A stretch of DNA of 64,000 nucleotides from Octopus vulgaris (GCA_951406725.2 OX597824.1:8432001-8496000), one strand, 5' to 3'; shown: positions 13,386-28,062, counted from the first letter of the stretch. Numbers and translations: made by a program. Notes: generated by a model not told the origin, from the sequence alone.

Positions 13386-13620
13386 TATGAGGGGTTTGCG
13401 CAAAGTTCCTGGCTGCAGGTAAAAGAAAATACAGGAGGACCAGTTAATTATGATTTTATTATTCAACATGTTCCCCGTTCCCCCCTTCAGGTTCACACAC
13501 TTATTGCAGCAGTCCTTCAGTTCTTTTGCTAAGCCCTGTAAAAGAACTGAGAAGGTTTGGCATCCAATCAGGCCTTTTGCGATTCTTTTAAAGGCCAGGA
13601 ACTTTTTAGCACCCTTCCTC
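13386..13620. mobile_element. mariner-like MITE remnant
   Basis: Left end TA-TGAGGGG...aaagttcctggct and right end ggccaggaactttttagcaccc form imperfect TIRs of mariner type. Confidence 0.55.
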
Positions 13621-13720
13621 TCTCTCCTCCTCATTGTCATCATCATCATCGTTTTTGTCATCATCATCATTAGTGTTGTTGTTTTCATCATTATCATCAT
13701 CATCATCATTGTCATCATCG

Positions 13721-13767
<47 letters not shown>

Positions 13768-13769
<2 letters not shown>

Positions 13770-14512
13770 TAGATTGACCCAAGTACGCAACTGGTACTTA
13801 ATTTATCAACCTCAAAAGGATGAAAGGCAAAGTCAACCTTGGTGGAATTTGAACTCAGAACGTAAAGACAGATGAAATACTGCTAAGCATTTTTCCCAGT
13901 GTGCTAACCATTCTGCCAACTTGTCGTCTTAACCAACAAAGTATTATTCTTTTCTACTCAAGGAACAAGGCCTGGAATTAAGTATGCAATTGGTACTTAA
14001 TCTATCAACCCCAAAAGAATAAAAGGCAAAGTCGACCATGGCGGAATTTGAACTCAGAACATAAGACAAACGAAAAACCCGGCGTGCTAGCATTTCTTAC
14101 TTCTTTACTACCCACAAGGGGCTAAACACAGAGGGGACAAACAAGGAAAGACAAAGGGATTAAGTCAATTACATCGACCCCAGTGCATAACTGGATCTTA
14201 TTTAATCGACCCCGAAAGGATGAAAGGCAAAGTCGACCTTGGTGGAATTTGAACTCAGAACGTAACGGCAGACAAAATACCTATTTCTTTATTACCCACA
14301 AGGGGCTAAACACAGAGGGGACAAACAAGGACAGACATAGGTATTAAGACGATTACATCGACCCCAGTGCGTAACTGGTACTTAATTTATCGACCCCGAA
14401 AGGATGAAAGGCAAAGTCGACCTCGGTGGAATTTGAACTTACAACGTAACGCAGACGAAATACTGCTAAGCATTTCGCCCGGCGTGCTAACGTTTCTGCC
14501 AACTCACTGCCT
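13768..14512 (-). mobile_element. cluster of tandem or partial SINE family A copies
   Basis: The core cgaccccgaaaggatgaaaggcaaagtcgacc (or a diverged version) occurs four times. Confidence 0.8.
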
Positions 14513-14870
14513 TTCATGCTTAGAAGAAATATCATCATAAAACTTTTGTGCTTTGACAAGGTTTGTGTCCCCTACTTTCTGACTGATGTGTCTGTAATTT
14601 CTCTTTTATTAATTTTGGGGTCTTTGGCGCATTTTTTTTTTGGGGGTGGGGTAGTTTTCGGTCAGCATTTTATGTTTAAAAGCATTAATTCTGAGTGGGA
14701 ATGATTTCTTAGAAAAGTTAATTCAACTGGATTCCCTATCTTCCTGCTTTATCTGTCTTCCCTTCTGTTCATCTGTCTGTCCATCTGTTCATCTGTCCAT
14801 TTGTTTATCTGTTCTGTCTGTTTGTCCCCCATCCAACCATCCATCCATCCATCCATCCGTCCATCCGTCC

Positions 14871-14939
<69 letters not shown>

Positions 14940-14957
14940 ACTATATATCTGTTGATC

Positions 14958-15017
<60 letters not shown>

Positions 15018-15608
15018 ACTATCTATCTGTCTGTCTGTCTGTCTGCCTTTCTATCTGTCTGCTTGTCTGTCTGTTTATCATCTATCTATCTTATCTTTCT
15101 ATCTATCTGTCTGTCTGTCTGTCTAACTATCTATCTGTTGATCTCTATCTATCTATCTATCTATTGTTTCCTCCATCCATCTGTCCGTCCGTCCGTCCGT
15201 CTGTCTGTCTGTCTATCTATCCATCTTATCTATCTATCACTCTGTCTCTCTGTCTGTCTGTCTATCTTTTCCTCCCTCCTCCCTCCCTCCCTCCCTCCCT
15301 CCACCTATCTATCTAAATACCTCCCTATCTCTGGCACCTCCGCAGACCATCTCCATTAAACACTGAAACCTAAACGACCAATGAAACTCAAACTGTCAGG
15401 AATTTTCTGATTCTTCATATCTCAGCATTTAATTAATGCCAATTTCTTGTGCTGCCATAAACCACAGCTGCAAAGATGTCAAGCCCACAATTCTTGGAGA
15501 ACATTGAATAACTACCTCTGGACATGCTTATAAAATCGAAAGACAGCGCAGTACACATCACTTTCAGAAACATTTTGTTTATCAGGATCAGAAACTGTCC
15601 AACTAAAA

Positions 15609-15738
15609 CAGGGGTTCTCAAACCACCCCCTTTTCTTTTTGTTTTTTTTTACCTGCAGATCTCCTTTAATACCTATTTTAGTCTGTTGGACCCATTATAG
15701 TCATTCAATGTTTAAAAAAAAGAACCTATTCATCTTCG

Positions 15739-15775
<37 letters not shown>

Positions 15776-16507
15776 AATGATGATGATGATGACGATGATG
15801 TTGATGGTGATGATGATGATGATGATGATGATGATAATGATGATGATGATGACGATGATGTTGATGGTGATGATGATGTCGATGATGATGAGGATTATGT
15901 TGATGGTGTTGATGATGATGATGGTGATGATGATGATCACCGTCGTCGTTGTCGCTGTCATCGTCATCTTTATCATCACCATCACCATCACCGTCATCGT
16001 TATCATCATCATCACCATCACCATCATAATCATCGTCATCATCATCATCATCCTCATCACAGTTGTCATTGTAGTCGTCCTCATCTTTGTCATCACCATC
16101 ACCATCATCATTATCATCATCATCATCATCATCACCATCATCATTACCATCACCATCATCATCACCATCATCATCATCATCACCATCATCATTACCATCA
16201 CCATCATCATTACCATCACCATCATCATTACCATCATCATCGTCATTACCATCATCATCATTACCATCATCATCATCATCATCGTCATCACTCCCACCAC
16301 CACCACCACCACCACCACAAGAGTTGGTGATGTTGGTAGTGGTGGTGGGGTTACCAGATTGCAAAGATACAGATGGACAGAGCTGTGTGGGGAGTGAGAG
16401 TTAAGCATAGTGTATGAAGGAGGGAATAGCAATGATACGTAAATTTTAACAAGAATAGCTTATGTGGGACCCGCAAGGAGCATAAGGGCCCTGGATGAGA
16501 ATCACTG
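15609..16507. mobile_element. possible hAT-like MITE expanded by internal (GAT)n/(CAT)n repeats
   Basis: Ends caggggttctcaaacc and ggatgagaatcactg resemble CAGTGGTTCTCAACC-type TIRs. TSD not clear. Confidence 0.35.
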
Positions 16508-16617
16508 GAATAAAGTCAGCATCAAAGATGGACATTAAAAGAATGATGATGAGATGATAATATTGTGGAAAAATTACTATTTGTAAATCTTACGAGAGAT
16601 ATTCAGCAACTGTACTT

Positions 16618-17118
16618 TGTAGTAAAGATTATTTGCCAACATAATATGGCAGTCCTGGTTTAGGATGAATGTTGCTGTAATTTAAGCCCCAGGAGACCTC
16701 ATCTCCAGCTGGCTACACGACACAATCTGTGTCCTTATATTTTCGAACAAGGGAGTCTAGCTCCCTCATCCAGCTCAAAAACAATATCTGTGTATCGCGA
16801 TTTTCTCTTCATCAGTACAGAATAATTGTTTGGCTAGAGGTGTCACTTTGCAAACTATATATTTCGAATGGGAATTTGGCAGTGCCATCTCTAGCCGAAC
16901 GATTATTCTGTGCTGATGAAGGGAAATAACCTGGAAATTGCGATACACAGATATTGTTTTGGGCTGAGTGGGGGTGCTAGATTCGCTTGTTCGAAAATAT
17001 AAGGACACAGATTGTGTCATATGGCCAGCTGGAGACGATGTCTCCCGGGGCTAAATTACAGTAACATTTGTCCTAAACCAGGACTGCCATGTTATGTTGG
17101 CAAATAATCTTTACTACA
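16618..17118. mobile_element. fold-back element, arms about 230 bp, carrying a hammerhead motif
   Basis: The ends tgtagtaaagattatttgccaacataa and ttatgttggcaaataatctttactaca are reverse complements; the arms pair along their whole length. Confidence 0.8.
16909..16949 (+). ncRNA. minimal hammerhead ribozyme motif
   Basis: TGTG-CTGATGA-AGG(gaaataa)CCT-G-GAAAT-TGCG-ATA-CACA. The mirror arm (16789-16819) has lost stem II. Confidence 0.7.
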
Positions 17119-17294
17119 TGATAAGAATGGTTGGAACATAGAATGATCTACCCAGCTCAGTTGTTAGCTGTCAGGACACGGCAATCTTCAAATATTCTAT
17201 GCTTACAGAAAGACTTTGGTTAATTCTACTCATGGCAAGGTCTTGGACCCATCCTATTCTATGGCTCTTTTATCCCTTTTTTTTTTTTATTATT

Positions 17295-17728
17295 TGAATC
17301 AGTCATTTGACTGTGGCCATGCTAGAGCACTGCCTTTTGTTGAAGAAATCGACCCCCAGAACTTATTTTTGTAAGCCTAGTACTTATCCTATCAGTCTCT
17401 TTGCTGAATCACTAAGTTACGGGGACGTAAACACACCACCATCGGTAGTCAAGCGATGGTGAGGGGGGGGCACAAACACACACACACACACAAACACGCA
17501 CACACAAACATACACACACAAACACACACACACATATACACACACAACACACACACACACATATGATGGGCTTCTTTCAGTTTCCGTCTACAAAATTCAC
17601 CCACAAAGCTTTGGTCAGCCCAAGGCTATAGTAGAAGACATTTGCCCAAGGTGTCGAACAGTGGGACTGAACCAGGAACCATGTGTTTGGTAAGCAAGCT
17701 ACTTTACCACACAGCCATGCCTGCACCT
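17295..17728 (-). mobile_element. SINE family B
   Basis: Reverse complement of 43013-43397 with internal (CA)n. Confidence 0.8.
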
Positions 17729-17758
17729 ATATAACATATAGGTATATATATATATATG

Positions 17759-17790
<32 letters not shown>

Positions 17791-17794
17791 TTCT

Positions 17795-18015
17795 TTATAC
17801 CCACAAGGGGCTAAACACAGACGGACAAACAAGGACAGACAAACGGATTAAGTCGATTACATCGATCCCAGTGCGTAAATGGTACTTAATTTATCGACCC
17901 CGAAAGGATGAAAGGCAAAGTCGACCTCGACAGAATTTGAACTCAGAACGTAACGGCAGACGAAATACGGCTACGTATTTCGCCCGGCGTGCTAACGTTT
18001 CTGCCAGCTCGCCGC
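17795..18015 (-). mobile_element. SINE family A
   Basis: Head, core and tail as at 35488. Confidence 0.8.
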
Positions 18016-18034
18016 ATGTATGTATGTATATATG

Positions 18035-18077
<43 letters not shown>

Positions 18078-19224
18078 GGCATCGGTTGTCAAGTGATGGT
18101 AGGGGTAGGACACAAACACACACAGTGTGGTTGGGAAGCAAGCTACTTTACCACACAGCCACTGCTGCTCTTTATGTATTGTTCACTCTTCTCTCTCTCC
18201 TCTGACTGCCCCTCTGGCTAATATTCCTCTCTCTCTCTCTCTCTCTCTCTTTCATTTCTCAATTTATTTGCTTTCTTTTCTTTTCTTTTCTTTTATTGTT
18301 TTGCCATAATTCAAGTCGTGCTGCACCTGAGCTCCGTGTGCAACAAGCTAATTATCATTGCTGCTGCTGCTGTCTTTATTGTTGTTGTTGTTGTCGTCGT
18401 CGTTGTTCTTGCCATTGTCATCATTGTTACCACCTTCCTACTCCTCCTCCTGATCATCATCTCATCATCACCATGATCACCACCATCATCACCATCATCA
18501 ACATCATCATCATCATCATCATTTTCATTGCCTTCATCATCACCATCATCACCATCATCATCATCATCATCATCATCATTGTCGTCGTCATCATCACCAC
18601 CACCACCATCCTAATCCTCTTCCTCCTCCTCCTCATGATCATCGTTGTCGTCATCATCATCATTATCATCATCATCATCATCGTTGTCCTTGTTGTCATC
18701 ATCATCATCACCATCACTGCCATCATCATCACCACCACCACCACCACCACCACCACCATAATCTCCTCCTCCTCCTTCTCTTCTTCTTCTTCTTCTTCTT
18801 CTTCTTCTTCTTCTTCTTCTTCTTCTTCTTCTTCTTCTTCTTGTTATTATCAGGAAGAGAGGAATAAAGAGAGAGAAAAAAAGAGAAAATTCTCTTTTTT
18901 TTTCTTTTTTTCTCTTTTCTTTATTCCCCTCTTCCTATTTTCGATTTGACCTTACAAACACATTCCCTACTTTTAGGTCACCTTAAATAAAACCCTTGAT
19001 TCAATAGCACTGTGTACAAACTCTATACTTGGAATGACCAATTTTAAATACTATTGGATTTTACTCATAAGGTATTGGAATCTTATATGTATACCATTCT
19101 GCCTAAATAATGGATCTAAAAATGTAATATCCCTGCATATCTCACATCTATTTTCATTCCTCCACCTCACTCTCTATTTTGTATCACATCTAAATTAACT
19201 ATATCTTAACCATCCTCTCACACC

Positions 19225-19276
19225 GTCTCCGATGAAGGGATATAATAAATAAATATCCTAGAAACAGCTGTAAGAC
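19225..19276 (+). ncRNA. hammerhead motif variant (CCGATGA core), same family as 5401
   Basis: GTCT-CCGATGA-AGGGATAT..ATATCCTA-GAAAC-AGCT-GTA-AGAC. Confidence 0.6.
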
Positions 19277-19644
19277 CTTCTATCTATAAATCTTCTAAAA
19301 TCTACTCAGCCTTGGTTTTTTATCTCATTATGGAAAAAAATTTTTTTATATGTGTGTATAACGATGAATAGCTTTGCGTAAACCATGGTCCATTTTGTTC
19401 TCTTACTTTATTATCATCTTATAATCATCTCATAATAATGACCTTTATGACTCGTATTACTACCTCAGTCAATCTAAATGCATATATTTGTCGTTACCTG
19501 TCATAAATAGCCTTTTTTTATTTGCAATATGCATTTTCATTGATTTTTCATATTTTACCCTTACATTTCCATGTGTATTTTATATTTTCTTTGTGCAACA
19601 TATTTCTACATATATATAAATATATATATATACATATATATATA

Positions 19645-19679
<35 letters not shown>

Positions 19680-19695
19680 TTTCACATACATATAT

Positions 19696-19876
19696 ATATA
19701 AGAAATTAAAAAAGGGAAATACGCACACTTACATAGTATTAATATAATTTTTAATATATCGACCGGTTTCACTATCGCTATTCATGATATTATGTTTATC
19801 GAAACTGGTCGATATATTAAAAATTATATTAAAACTATGTAAGTGTGCATATTTTCCTTTTTTAATTTCTTATATA
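19696..19876. repeat. inverted repeat (about 75-bp arms) whose arms start at the hammerhead 3' half GAAAC(C/T)GGTC
   Basis: About 19696-19770 is the reverse complement of about 19801-19876. Confidence 0.7.
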
Positions 19877-20374
19877 CATTACAACTCACCACATGGGGAT
19901 AATCGAAATTCCTCTTTTCTGTTACTATATATATATATATATATGTATGTATATCTTTGTGTGTGTGTCTTTGCATCTGTGTTTGTCCCCCACAGGTTCT
20001 TGACAAGCAGTGCTGGTGTTTTTATGTCTCTGTAACTGAGTGCTTCAGCAAAACAGACTGATAGAATATGTACCAGCCTTAAGAATAAACGATGGGGGTC
20101 AATTCATTCAAGAAAAATTCTTTAACGCTGTGCCCCTGCATGGCCACAACCAAATGTCTTAAACAAGTAAAAAAATAAAAGACAAAAGATATAAATTCAT
20201 CAATAATAAAACGTCTAACCCATGCTAGCAACGAAAAATGGATGTAAAAAAGGATTGAATACATTTGATGAATTAATTAGGATCTAATTAGATTCTAGGT
20301 TAAATGTAACAAAATGGCTGGCCTTGAAAATGGAGAGAGGAATTTCTTCTTTTTTTCCATCAACATCAAATAAA

Positions 20375-21010
20375 AATCAATAGAAATTGTAATTGTGACA
20401 CCTGTGTCAGTAGCATGTAAAAAGCACCATCCGAACGTGGTCGATGCCAGTGCCACCTTGACTGGCGTCCATGCCAGCGGCAAATAAAGCACCAACCAAT
20501 CGTGGCTGTTTGCCAGCCTCCTTTGGCCCCTGTGCCAGTGTCACCTAAAAAGCACCCACTACATTCACGGAGTGGTTGGCATTAGGAAGGGCATCCAGCT
20601 GTAGAAACACTGTCAAATCAGACTGGAGCCTGGTGCAGCCTCCTGGCTTGCCAGATCCCGGTCAAACCATCCAACCCATGCTAGCATGGAAAATGGATGT
20701 TGAATGATGATGAGGATTATATATATATATATATATATATGCCTGGCTTCCGTGCCAGTGGCATGTAAAAAGCACCAACTGATCATGGCCGTTGCCAGCC
20801 CTCCCCTGGCCCCTGTGCCGGTGGCATGTAAAAAGCACCCAATACACTCACAGAGTGGTTGGCGTTAGAAAGGGCATCCAGCTGTAGAAACACAGCCAGA
20901 TCAGACTGGAGCCTGGTGCAGCCTCCTGGCTTCCCAGACCCCGGTCGAACCGTCCAACCCATGCTAGCATGGAAAACGGATGTCAAACGATGATGATAAT
21001 GATGATGATG
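20375..21010 (+). mobile_element. two tandem copies of SINE-like family C
   Basis: Both end in aacccatgctagcatggaaaa...(GAT)n, as at 4609-5070. Confidence 0.75.
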
Positions 21011-21929
21011 AATTTTTACTGTATTGAGTGCACAACATGTCTTATGTTGTGGCCTACATCTAAGAGAAATGGATGATGAGGATGCTGAGAAAGAGGCAGA
21101 TGTTTAAACGAAATCATCTTTTGAATACCAGGATTCCAGTGCCGGGTTCAAGATTACTGATTGCCAAATTCTGTTTGATGGAACATTCTGAATTTTTGAT
21201 GTCTACCGAAGATAGTTCTGCAACGCTGGCTTCTTATCGTTGAACACTATCTATATTATATGCACATGCACACACACACATGCATTATAGAGACACATAT
21301 ACGTTATAGTCACATACACACATTATAGACAAATATGCACACACGTATACGCAATTACATACTTGCGTGCAACTGCAGAGATATGCACGTCCATGCACAT
21401 TCTTAACCTCACTGTACAGATATGTGTGCACACAGACACATGCGTATACATGTGCATGCGTATGTGCACACACACACACATACACACATCACTTTCACAC
21501 ACATACACACACATACACACATTTTCACACACAAACACGCACTCTCACACACACATACACTCACAAACACACACATACACACACATTCACACATGCTCAC
21601 ACACAAGCACACACACATTCGCACACACATGCATACACATACACACACATACATATACTTTCACACACTCACACACTCATACACACAAACACACACTCAC
21701 ATACACACATACACTTTCACACAGACACACACACACAAACACACACGCTCTGTCTGTCTGTCTCTCTCTCTCTCACACACACATGCACACACTTTCACAG
21801 AATTACATTTCAGTCCGTATGTTTTGCACACACATGCTTCTGCTTGGTTCATGCCTGGCATGCATACATCTGTTTGTCTGTCTGTCTGTCTGTCTGTTTG
21901 TCCCTTTATCTGTCCGTCTGTCCATTTAT

Positions 21930-22607
21930 CTGTCCATCCATCCATCCATCCATCCATCCACCCACCCACCCATCCATCCATCTATCCATCCACCCACCCA
22001 TCCATCCATCCACCCACCCATCCATCCATCCATCCATCCATCCATTCATCCATCCACCCACCCACCCACCCATCCATCCATCCACCCACCCACCCATCCA
22101 TCCATCCATCCATCCATCCATCCACCCATCCATCCATCCATCCATCCACCCACCCACCCACCCATCCATCCATCCATCCATCCATCCATACACCCACCCA
22201 CCCATCCATCCATCCATTCATCCACCCATCCATCCATCCATCCATCCATCCATTCATCCATCCACCCACCCACCCATCCATCCATCCATCCATCCATCCA
22301 TCCATCCATCCATCCACCCATCCATCCATCCATCCATCCATCCATCCATCTATCCACCCACCCACCCATCCACCCATCCATCCATCCATCCATCCATCCA
22401 TCCATCTATCCATCCATCCATCCATCTATCCATCTATCCACCCACCCACCCACCCACCCACCCATCCATCCATCCATCCATCCATCCATCCATCCATCCA
22501 CCCACCCATCCATCCATCCATCCATCCATCCATCCATCCATCATTCCACCCACCCACCCACCCACCCACCCATCCATCCATCCATCCATCCATCAATCCA
22601 TCCATCC

Positions 22608-22682
<75 letters not shown>
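21930..22682. repeat. (CCAT/CCAC)n grading into (CTAT)n tetranucleotide satellite
   Basis: Read directly; explains the 420-456 aa ORFs. Confidence 0.95.
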
Positions 22683-22684
<2 letters not shown>

Positions 22685-22893
22685 CTGTGATAACGATCCC
22701 TATTGATCAATTTTTTTCCTCTCCACCTTTTTTTTAACCCCCCCTTTTTGTCCTCTTTCTCTCCTTTTACGATCCCTTTCGATCGAAACTCCCCCCTTCC
22801 TTTTTTTTTTTTTTTTTTAACCCTTCAAAAGAAAAGCTCTACCTTGTAATTTGTTCTATCTGTGTGCAGCCCTGTGTGGCTAATAAAGAAACA
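22683..22893 (+). mobile_element. 3' tail of a Tx1/L1-like LINE inserted in (TATC)n
   Basis: Near-identical to 52448-52656; TATC repeats on both sides. Confidence 0.85.
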
Positions 22894-22924
22894 TATCTAT
22901 CTACATGTCTATCTATCTACCTAT

Positions 22925-23552
22925 CATCATCATCATCATTTTGCATGCTAGCATGGGTTGGACGATTTGACTGCAAACTGGCAAACCAGATGGCTGCACC
23001 ATACTACAATCTTATCTGGCAGAGTTTCTGCCCTTCCTAACGCCAACCACTCCGAGAGTGTAGTGGGTGCATTTACATGCCACTGGCACGAGGGCCAATC
23101 AAGTGGTACTGGCAACACCCATGCTCAAATGGTGTTTTTTATGTGCCACCTGCACATGAGCCAGTCCAGCGGCACTGGCAATGACCTCACTCGGATGATT
23201 TTTTCGCGTGCCAGTAAGGTGACGCTGGTAACGATCCTGTTTGAATGATGCTTTTTATGTGCTATCAGCACAGAAGCCAGTTAGCTGCTCTGGTAATGAT
23301 CATGCTCAGATGGTGCTATTAGTGCTCCACTAGCATGGATGCCAGTCATTGAATTTGATTTTGATTTCATTGAATTTGATTTCGATTTCACTCGCCTCAA
23401 CAGGTCTTCTCAAGCAGAGTTTAGTGTCCAATGAAGGAAAGGTACGCATAAGTGGGCTGGTTACACCCCTGGCATAGGTCATGAGGTTATGGTCTCACTT
23501 GGCTTGCTGGGTCTTCTTATGCACTGCATATTTCTAAAGTTCTCGGTCACTA
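22925..23552 (-). mobile_element. SINE-like family C, longer copy
   Basis: Reverse complement of 4609-5070 with additional 5' sequence. Confidence 0.65.
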
Positions 23553-24283
23553 GTCTATCTGTCTATCTATCTATCTATCTCTCTATCCATCTATCTATCT
23601 CTCTATCTCTCTATCTATCTATCTCAATCTATCTATCTATCTGTCTCTCAATCTATCTATCTATCAGTCTATCTATCAATGAATAAATGAACGAATCAAT
23701 CAATCCTTCGATCTCTCCATCTAACTTAAGTATAAAGCCATACCTGTGCAGTGGTGGATGCAGGGATGTTGCACCAGTTGCCTAGGCAACACCCTTTCTA
23801 ACCACACTGACCCCCAAAAATAGGCAGGACCAGGTTTGATTCCCAGCAGTTTCACAGCATTACCCTCTCATATGTATATGGTCCCCTACAACAAAGATAT
23901 ATAAAAAGGGGTCCATTTGTTACTCCAATTTGGTTTCAGTCAGCACCAATTTGGCCCTAAATGAGCAAACCTATGACCAAAGGCAATCCAGCTATGACCA
24001 TCCCTTTATATTTCTTTCTCAAGACATGTACGCTTGACTACATTAGCCAGTGTTGTTTGAATCTGATTTGCAGTTGGCAGCAGAGTGTGTAGGTGTGTTT
24101 TGAGGAAGATTTGGTTGTTATTTCTAGCAGACCGAAATGGCTGCTTCAGTAGTCCCCTGTTGATACAAACAACTTAGAAGTTGTTTTGTTAGATAAAAGA
24201 AGCAGTGTTTTTCTTTAAAGTATCTTATCAAAACGATCTTAAACAGTAAAAGAAAAAAACAAGAAGAACAAAAAACTATATAC

Positions 24284-24316
<33 letters not shown>

Positions 24317-24410
24317 CATACATACATACATACATACATACATACACACATGAAAACACACACAAATGTTTATATATATATACACAGGAAAACACAAACA
24401 TTCACCATCC

Positions 24411-24459
<49 letters not shown>

Positions 24460-24473
24460 CATACATATATTTT

Positions 24474-24558
<85 letters not shown>

Positions 24559-24840
24559 ACACATGAAAACATACACAAACATTCACCCACCCCCATATAT
24601 ATACACACACATACATAATCATAAATAAATATGTACTTATATATACATACGCATATGTATCTACGTAGTTACACTCACATACATACATACGAATGTATAT
24701 ATAAACAATACACACATATGCACATATACATATGTATACATACATCTAAAGACACACACACACATATACAAACAATACATACGTATGTACATATACATAC
24801 ACAGATATACATACATATATCTATATAAACTACATAAACA

Positions 24841-24872
<32 letters not shown>

Positions 24873-25110
24873 GTAAACAGCACACACACACATACACACA
24901 TAAGCACACACAGACACATACATACACGCACAGACAAACAATGCACACATATGCACATGCCTAATCGCTCTCTCTCTCTCTCTCTCTCTCTTACTGCCTT
25001 TTCCTCTCACACACTCTCTCTCTGTGCCTTGCTGTTTCTCTCTCTCTCTCTCTGTGCCTTGCTCTTTCTTTCTCTCTCTCCCTCTCTCATTCTCTCTCTC
25101 TCACACCCAC

Positions 25111-25231
25111 AAGGAAGCCTTCAATTAAATCCATCACAAGTTGTTTATACGATGAAGGAAACATCAGCGAAGAGTTATATACAACAGCCCTGACTTTGGT
25201 CAGATGCTGGCTCTGGCAGCCTCACTTATCT
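25111..25231. other. unique-sequence island between microsatellites; candidate exon of ambiguous strand
   Basis: Plus strand: aag|GAAGCC...TCT|gtgcgt with open frame KPSIKSITSCLYDEGNISEELYTTALTLVRCWLWQPHLS. Minus strand: cag|ATAAG...CTT|gtgggt containing MFPSSYKQLVMDLIEGFL. Confidence 0.3.
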
Positions 25232-25247
25232 GTGCGTGTGTGTGTGT

Positions 25248-25294
<47 letters not shown>

Positions 25295-25504
25295 TGTGTG
25301 TGTGTGTGTGTGTGTTTCTACATCTGTCAGTGTACAAACTGCGTATAGATATATTTGTATAAAAACTGTTGGGAAAATCCAAGATACATATATATATATA
25401 TACATACGTGTGTGTATATATGTATTTAGATACATAAATTTATACATACATATAAATATATACATATATATATATTTATATGTATGTATAAATATATATG
25501 TATA

Positions 25505-25556
<52 letters not shown>

Positions 25557-25640
25557 TACATATATATATATATATGTATATATCTATATGTATTTATACA
25601 TCTATGTATATATATGTGCCCATGAATCCATGAATGTGTG

Positions 25641-25681
<41 letters not shown>

Positions 25682-25984
25682 CATAACAGAATATACTTCA
25701 ACACACCAACTCACATAAAGAATCTTGCAAACCAAATCCCAAAACGAAATATATACATATCTTTTACTTGTTTCAGTCATTGGACTGTGGCCATGCTGGG
25801 GCACTGCCTTGAAGAATTTTTTGTTGAATGAATTGACTCCAGAACTCTTGATTTTTGTAGCTGGGTATGTATTCTATAGGAGTCTTTTGCTGAACTGCTA
25901 AGTTACAGGGATGTAAACAAACCAACACCAGTGGTCAAGCAGTGAAGCAGAGGACAAACACACACACACACACACATACATACA

Positions 25985-26074
25985 ATAATAATAATTATAA
26001 TAATAATAATAATAACAATTTAATAATAATAATAATAATAATAACAACAACAATTTAATAATAATAATAACAAT

Positions 26075-26124
<50 letters not shown>

Positions 26125-26169
26125 TTAATAATAATGTTTAATAATAATAATGATAATAATAATAATAAC

Positions 26170-26201
<32 letters not shown>

Positions 26202-26303
26202 CAACAATAATAATAATAATGATAACAACTACAATAATAATAATAATAATAATAATAATGATAACAATTTAATAATAATAATAATAATAATTTAATAATA
26301 ATT

Positions 26304-26343
<40 letters not shown>

Positions 26344-26539
26344 TAATTAAATAATAATTTTAATAATATTGATAATAATAATAATAACAATTTAATAATA
26401 ATAATAATAATAACAATTTAATAATAATAATAAAAATAAAAATTTAATAATAATAATAGTAATAATGATAATAATAAAATTTAATAATAATTTTAATAAT
26501 AATAATAATAATAATAATGATAATAATAATATTAATAAC

Positions 26540-26580
<41 letters not shown>

Positions 26581-26826
26581 TAATAACAACAACAATAATA
26601 ATAATAATAATAACAACAACAATAATAATAATAACAACAACAATAATAATAATAATAACAACAATTTAATAATAATAATAATAATAACAACAACAATAAT
26701 AATAATAATAACAACAACAATAATAATAATAATAATAACAACAACAATAATAATAATAATAATAACAACAACAATAATAATAATAATAATAACAACAACA
26801 ATAATAATAATAATAATAACAACAAC

Positions 26827-26862
<36 letters not shown>

Positions 26863-26942
26863 TTAATAATTATTTTAATAATAATTTAATAATAATTTTA
26901 ATAATAATAACAATAATAATAATCATAATGATAATAATGATA
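25985..26942. repeat. about 950-bp (AAT/AAC)n microsatellite
   Basis: Read directly. Confidence 0.95.
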
Positions 26943-27775
26943 ATCCTTTCAGTTAAACATCTGCCTCTTTTTCAGCATCCTCATCATCTGTTTCTCTTAG
27001 GTGTGGGCCACAACATCAGACATGTTGTGCACTCAATACAGTAAAAATTCATCTCTTCATTTTCAAGGCCAGCCTTTTTGTCACTGTTAACCCAGAATCA
27101 GATTAGATAATAATAGTATAAGGCACAAAGCCTGAAATTTGGGAGAGATGGGTGCAGTTGATTACATCGACCCCTGTACTCAAATTTTGGCACAAGGCCA
27201 GCAGTTTTGGAGGAGGGGGCAAGTCTGCATCGACCCCAGTGCACAACTGGTACTTATTTCATTGACCTTGAAAAGACGAAAGGCAAAGTCGACTCTGGCA
27301 GGATTTGAACTCACAACGTATAATTAGAAAGAAGTGAGGCTAAGCATTATGTTCCAGTGCTATAAGGATTCCCCCAGCTTGCTGCCCTTTTTATACAGAT
27401 GTATCTCAAGGCTTGATTGGTTCTTTTTGGGGGGTCAAGTTATCATCATCGTCGTGGCGCTCCGTCGGTTACGATGACAAGTGTTCCAGTTATCATCATA
27501 ATCAGTATCTTCGACAGCATCATCATTACACCACCACTACCACCACCATCACCACCTGACTTCGTCTGTGCTGTGCTTGTGCCACATAAAAAGCACCAAG
27601 TCCACTCTGTTGAGTGGTTGGTGTTAGGAAGGGCCATTCAGCTGTAAAAATCCTGATAAAACAGTCAGAGAAGTCTGGTGCAGGCTTTGGCCTGGTTGGT
27701 TCTTGTGGTACCGTCCCACTCATGGAACACGGACGTGAAATGATGATGATGATAGACAGACAGACAGATAGATTA

Positions 27776-27819
<44 letters not shown>

Positions 27820-27996
27820 AGAGAGAGAGAGAGAGAATGTATATACAAATATAAGAAGTTTAAAGCAAGGCTCGTGTCATACTGAAGGTAGCACTTGTAA
27901 GGTCAAAGACTGATATTGACCTCTTGTATATGCATGTATGTATGTATGTATGTATGTATGTATGTATCTATCTATCTTTCTCTCTCTCTCTCTCTG

Positions 27997-28035
<39 letters not shown>

Positions 28036-28062
28036 TTATCTATCTTTCTCTCTCTCTCTCTG

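Noticed and set aside
12738-13532. Mucin- or extensin-like 264-aa ORF
   Set aside because: Low-complexity repeat running into a mariner-like MITE; no splice or start context.
15620-15700. Strong plus-strand splice acceptor at 15658
   Set aside because: It lies inside a probable hAT-like MITE end and leads into microsatellite.
21363-22737. Longest ORFs in the track (422-456 aa)
   Set aside because: They are translations of (CA)n, (CCAT)n and (CTAT)n repeats, open in all three frames.
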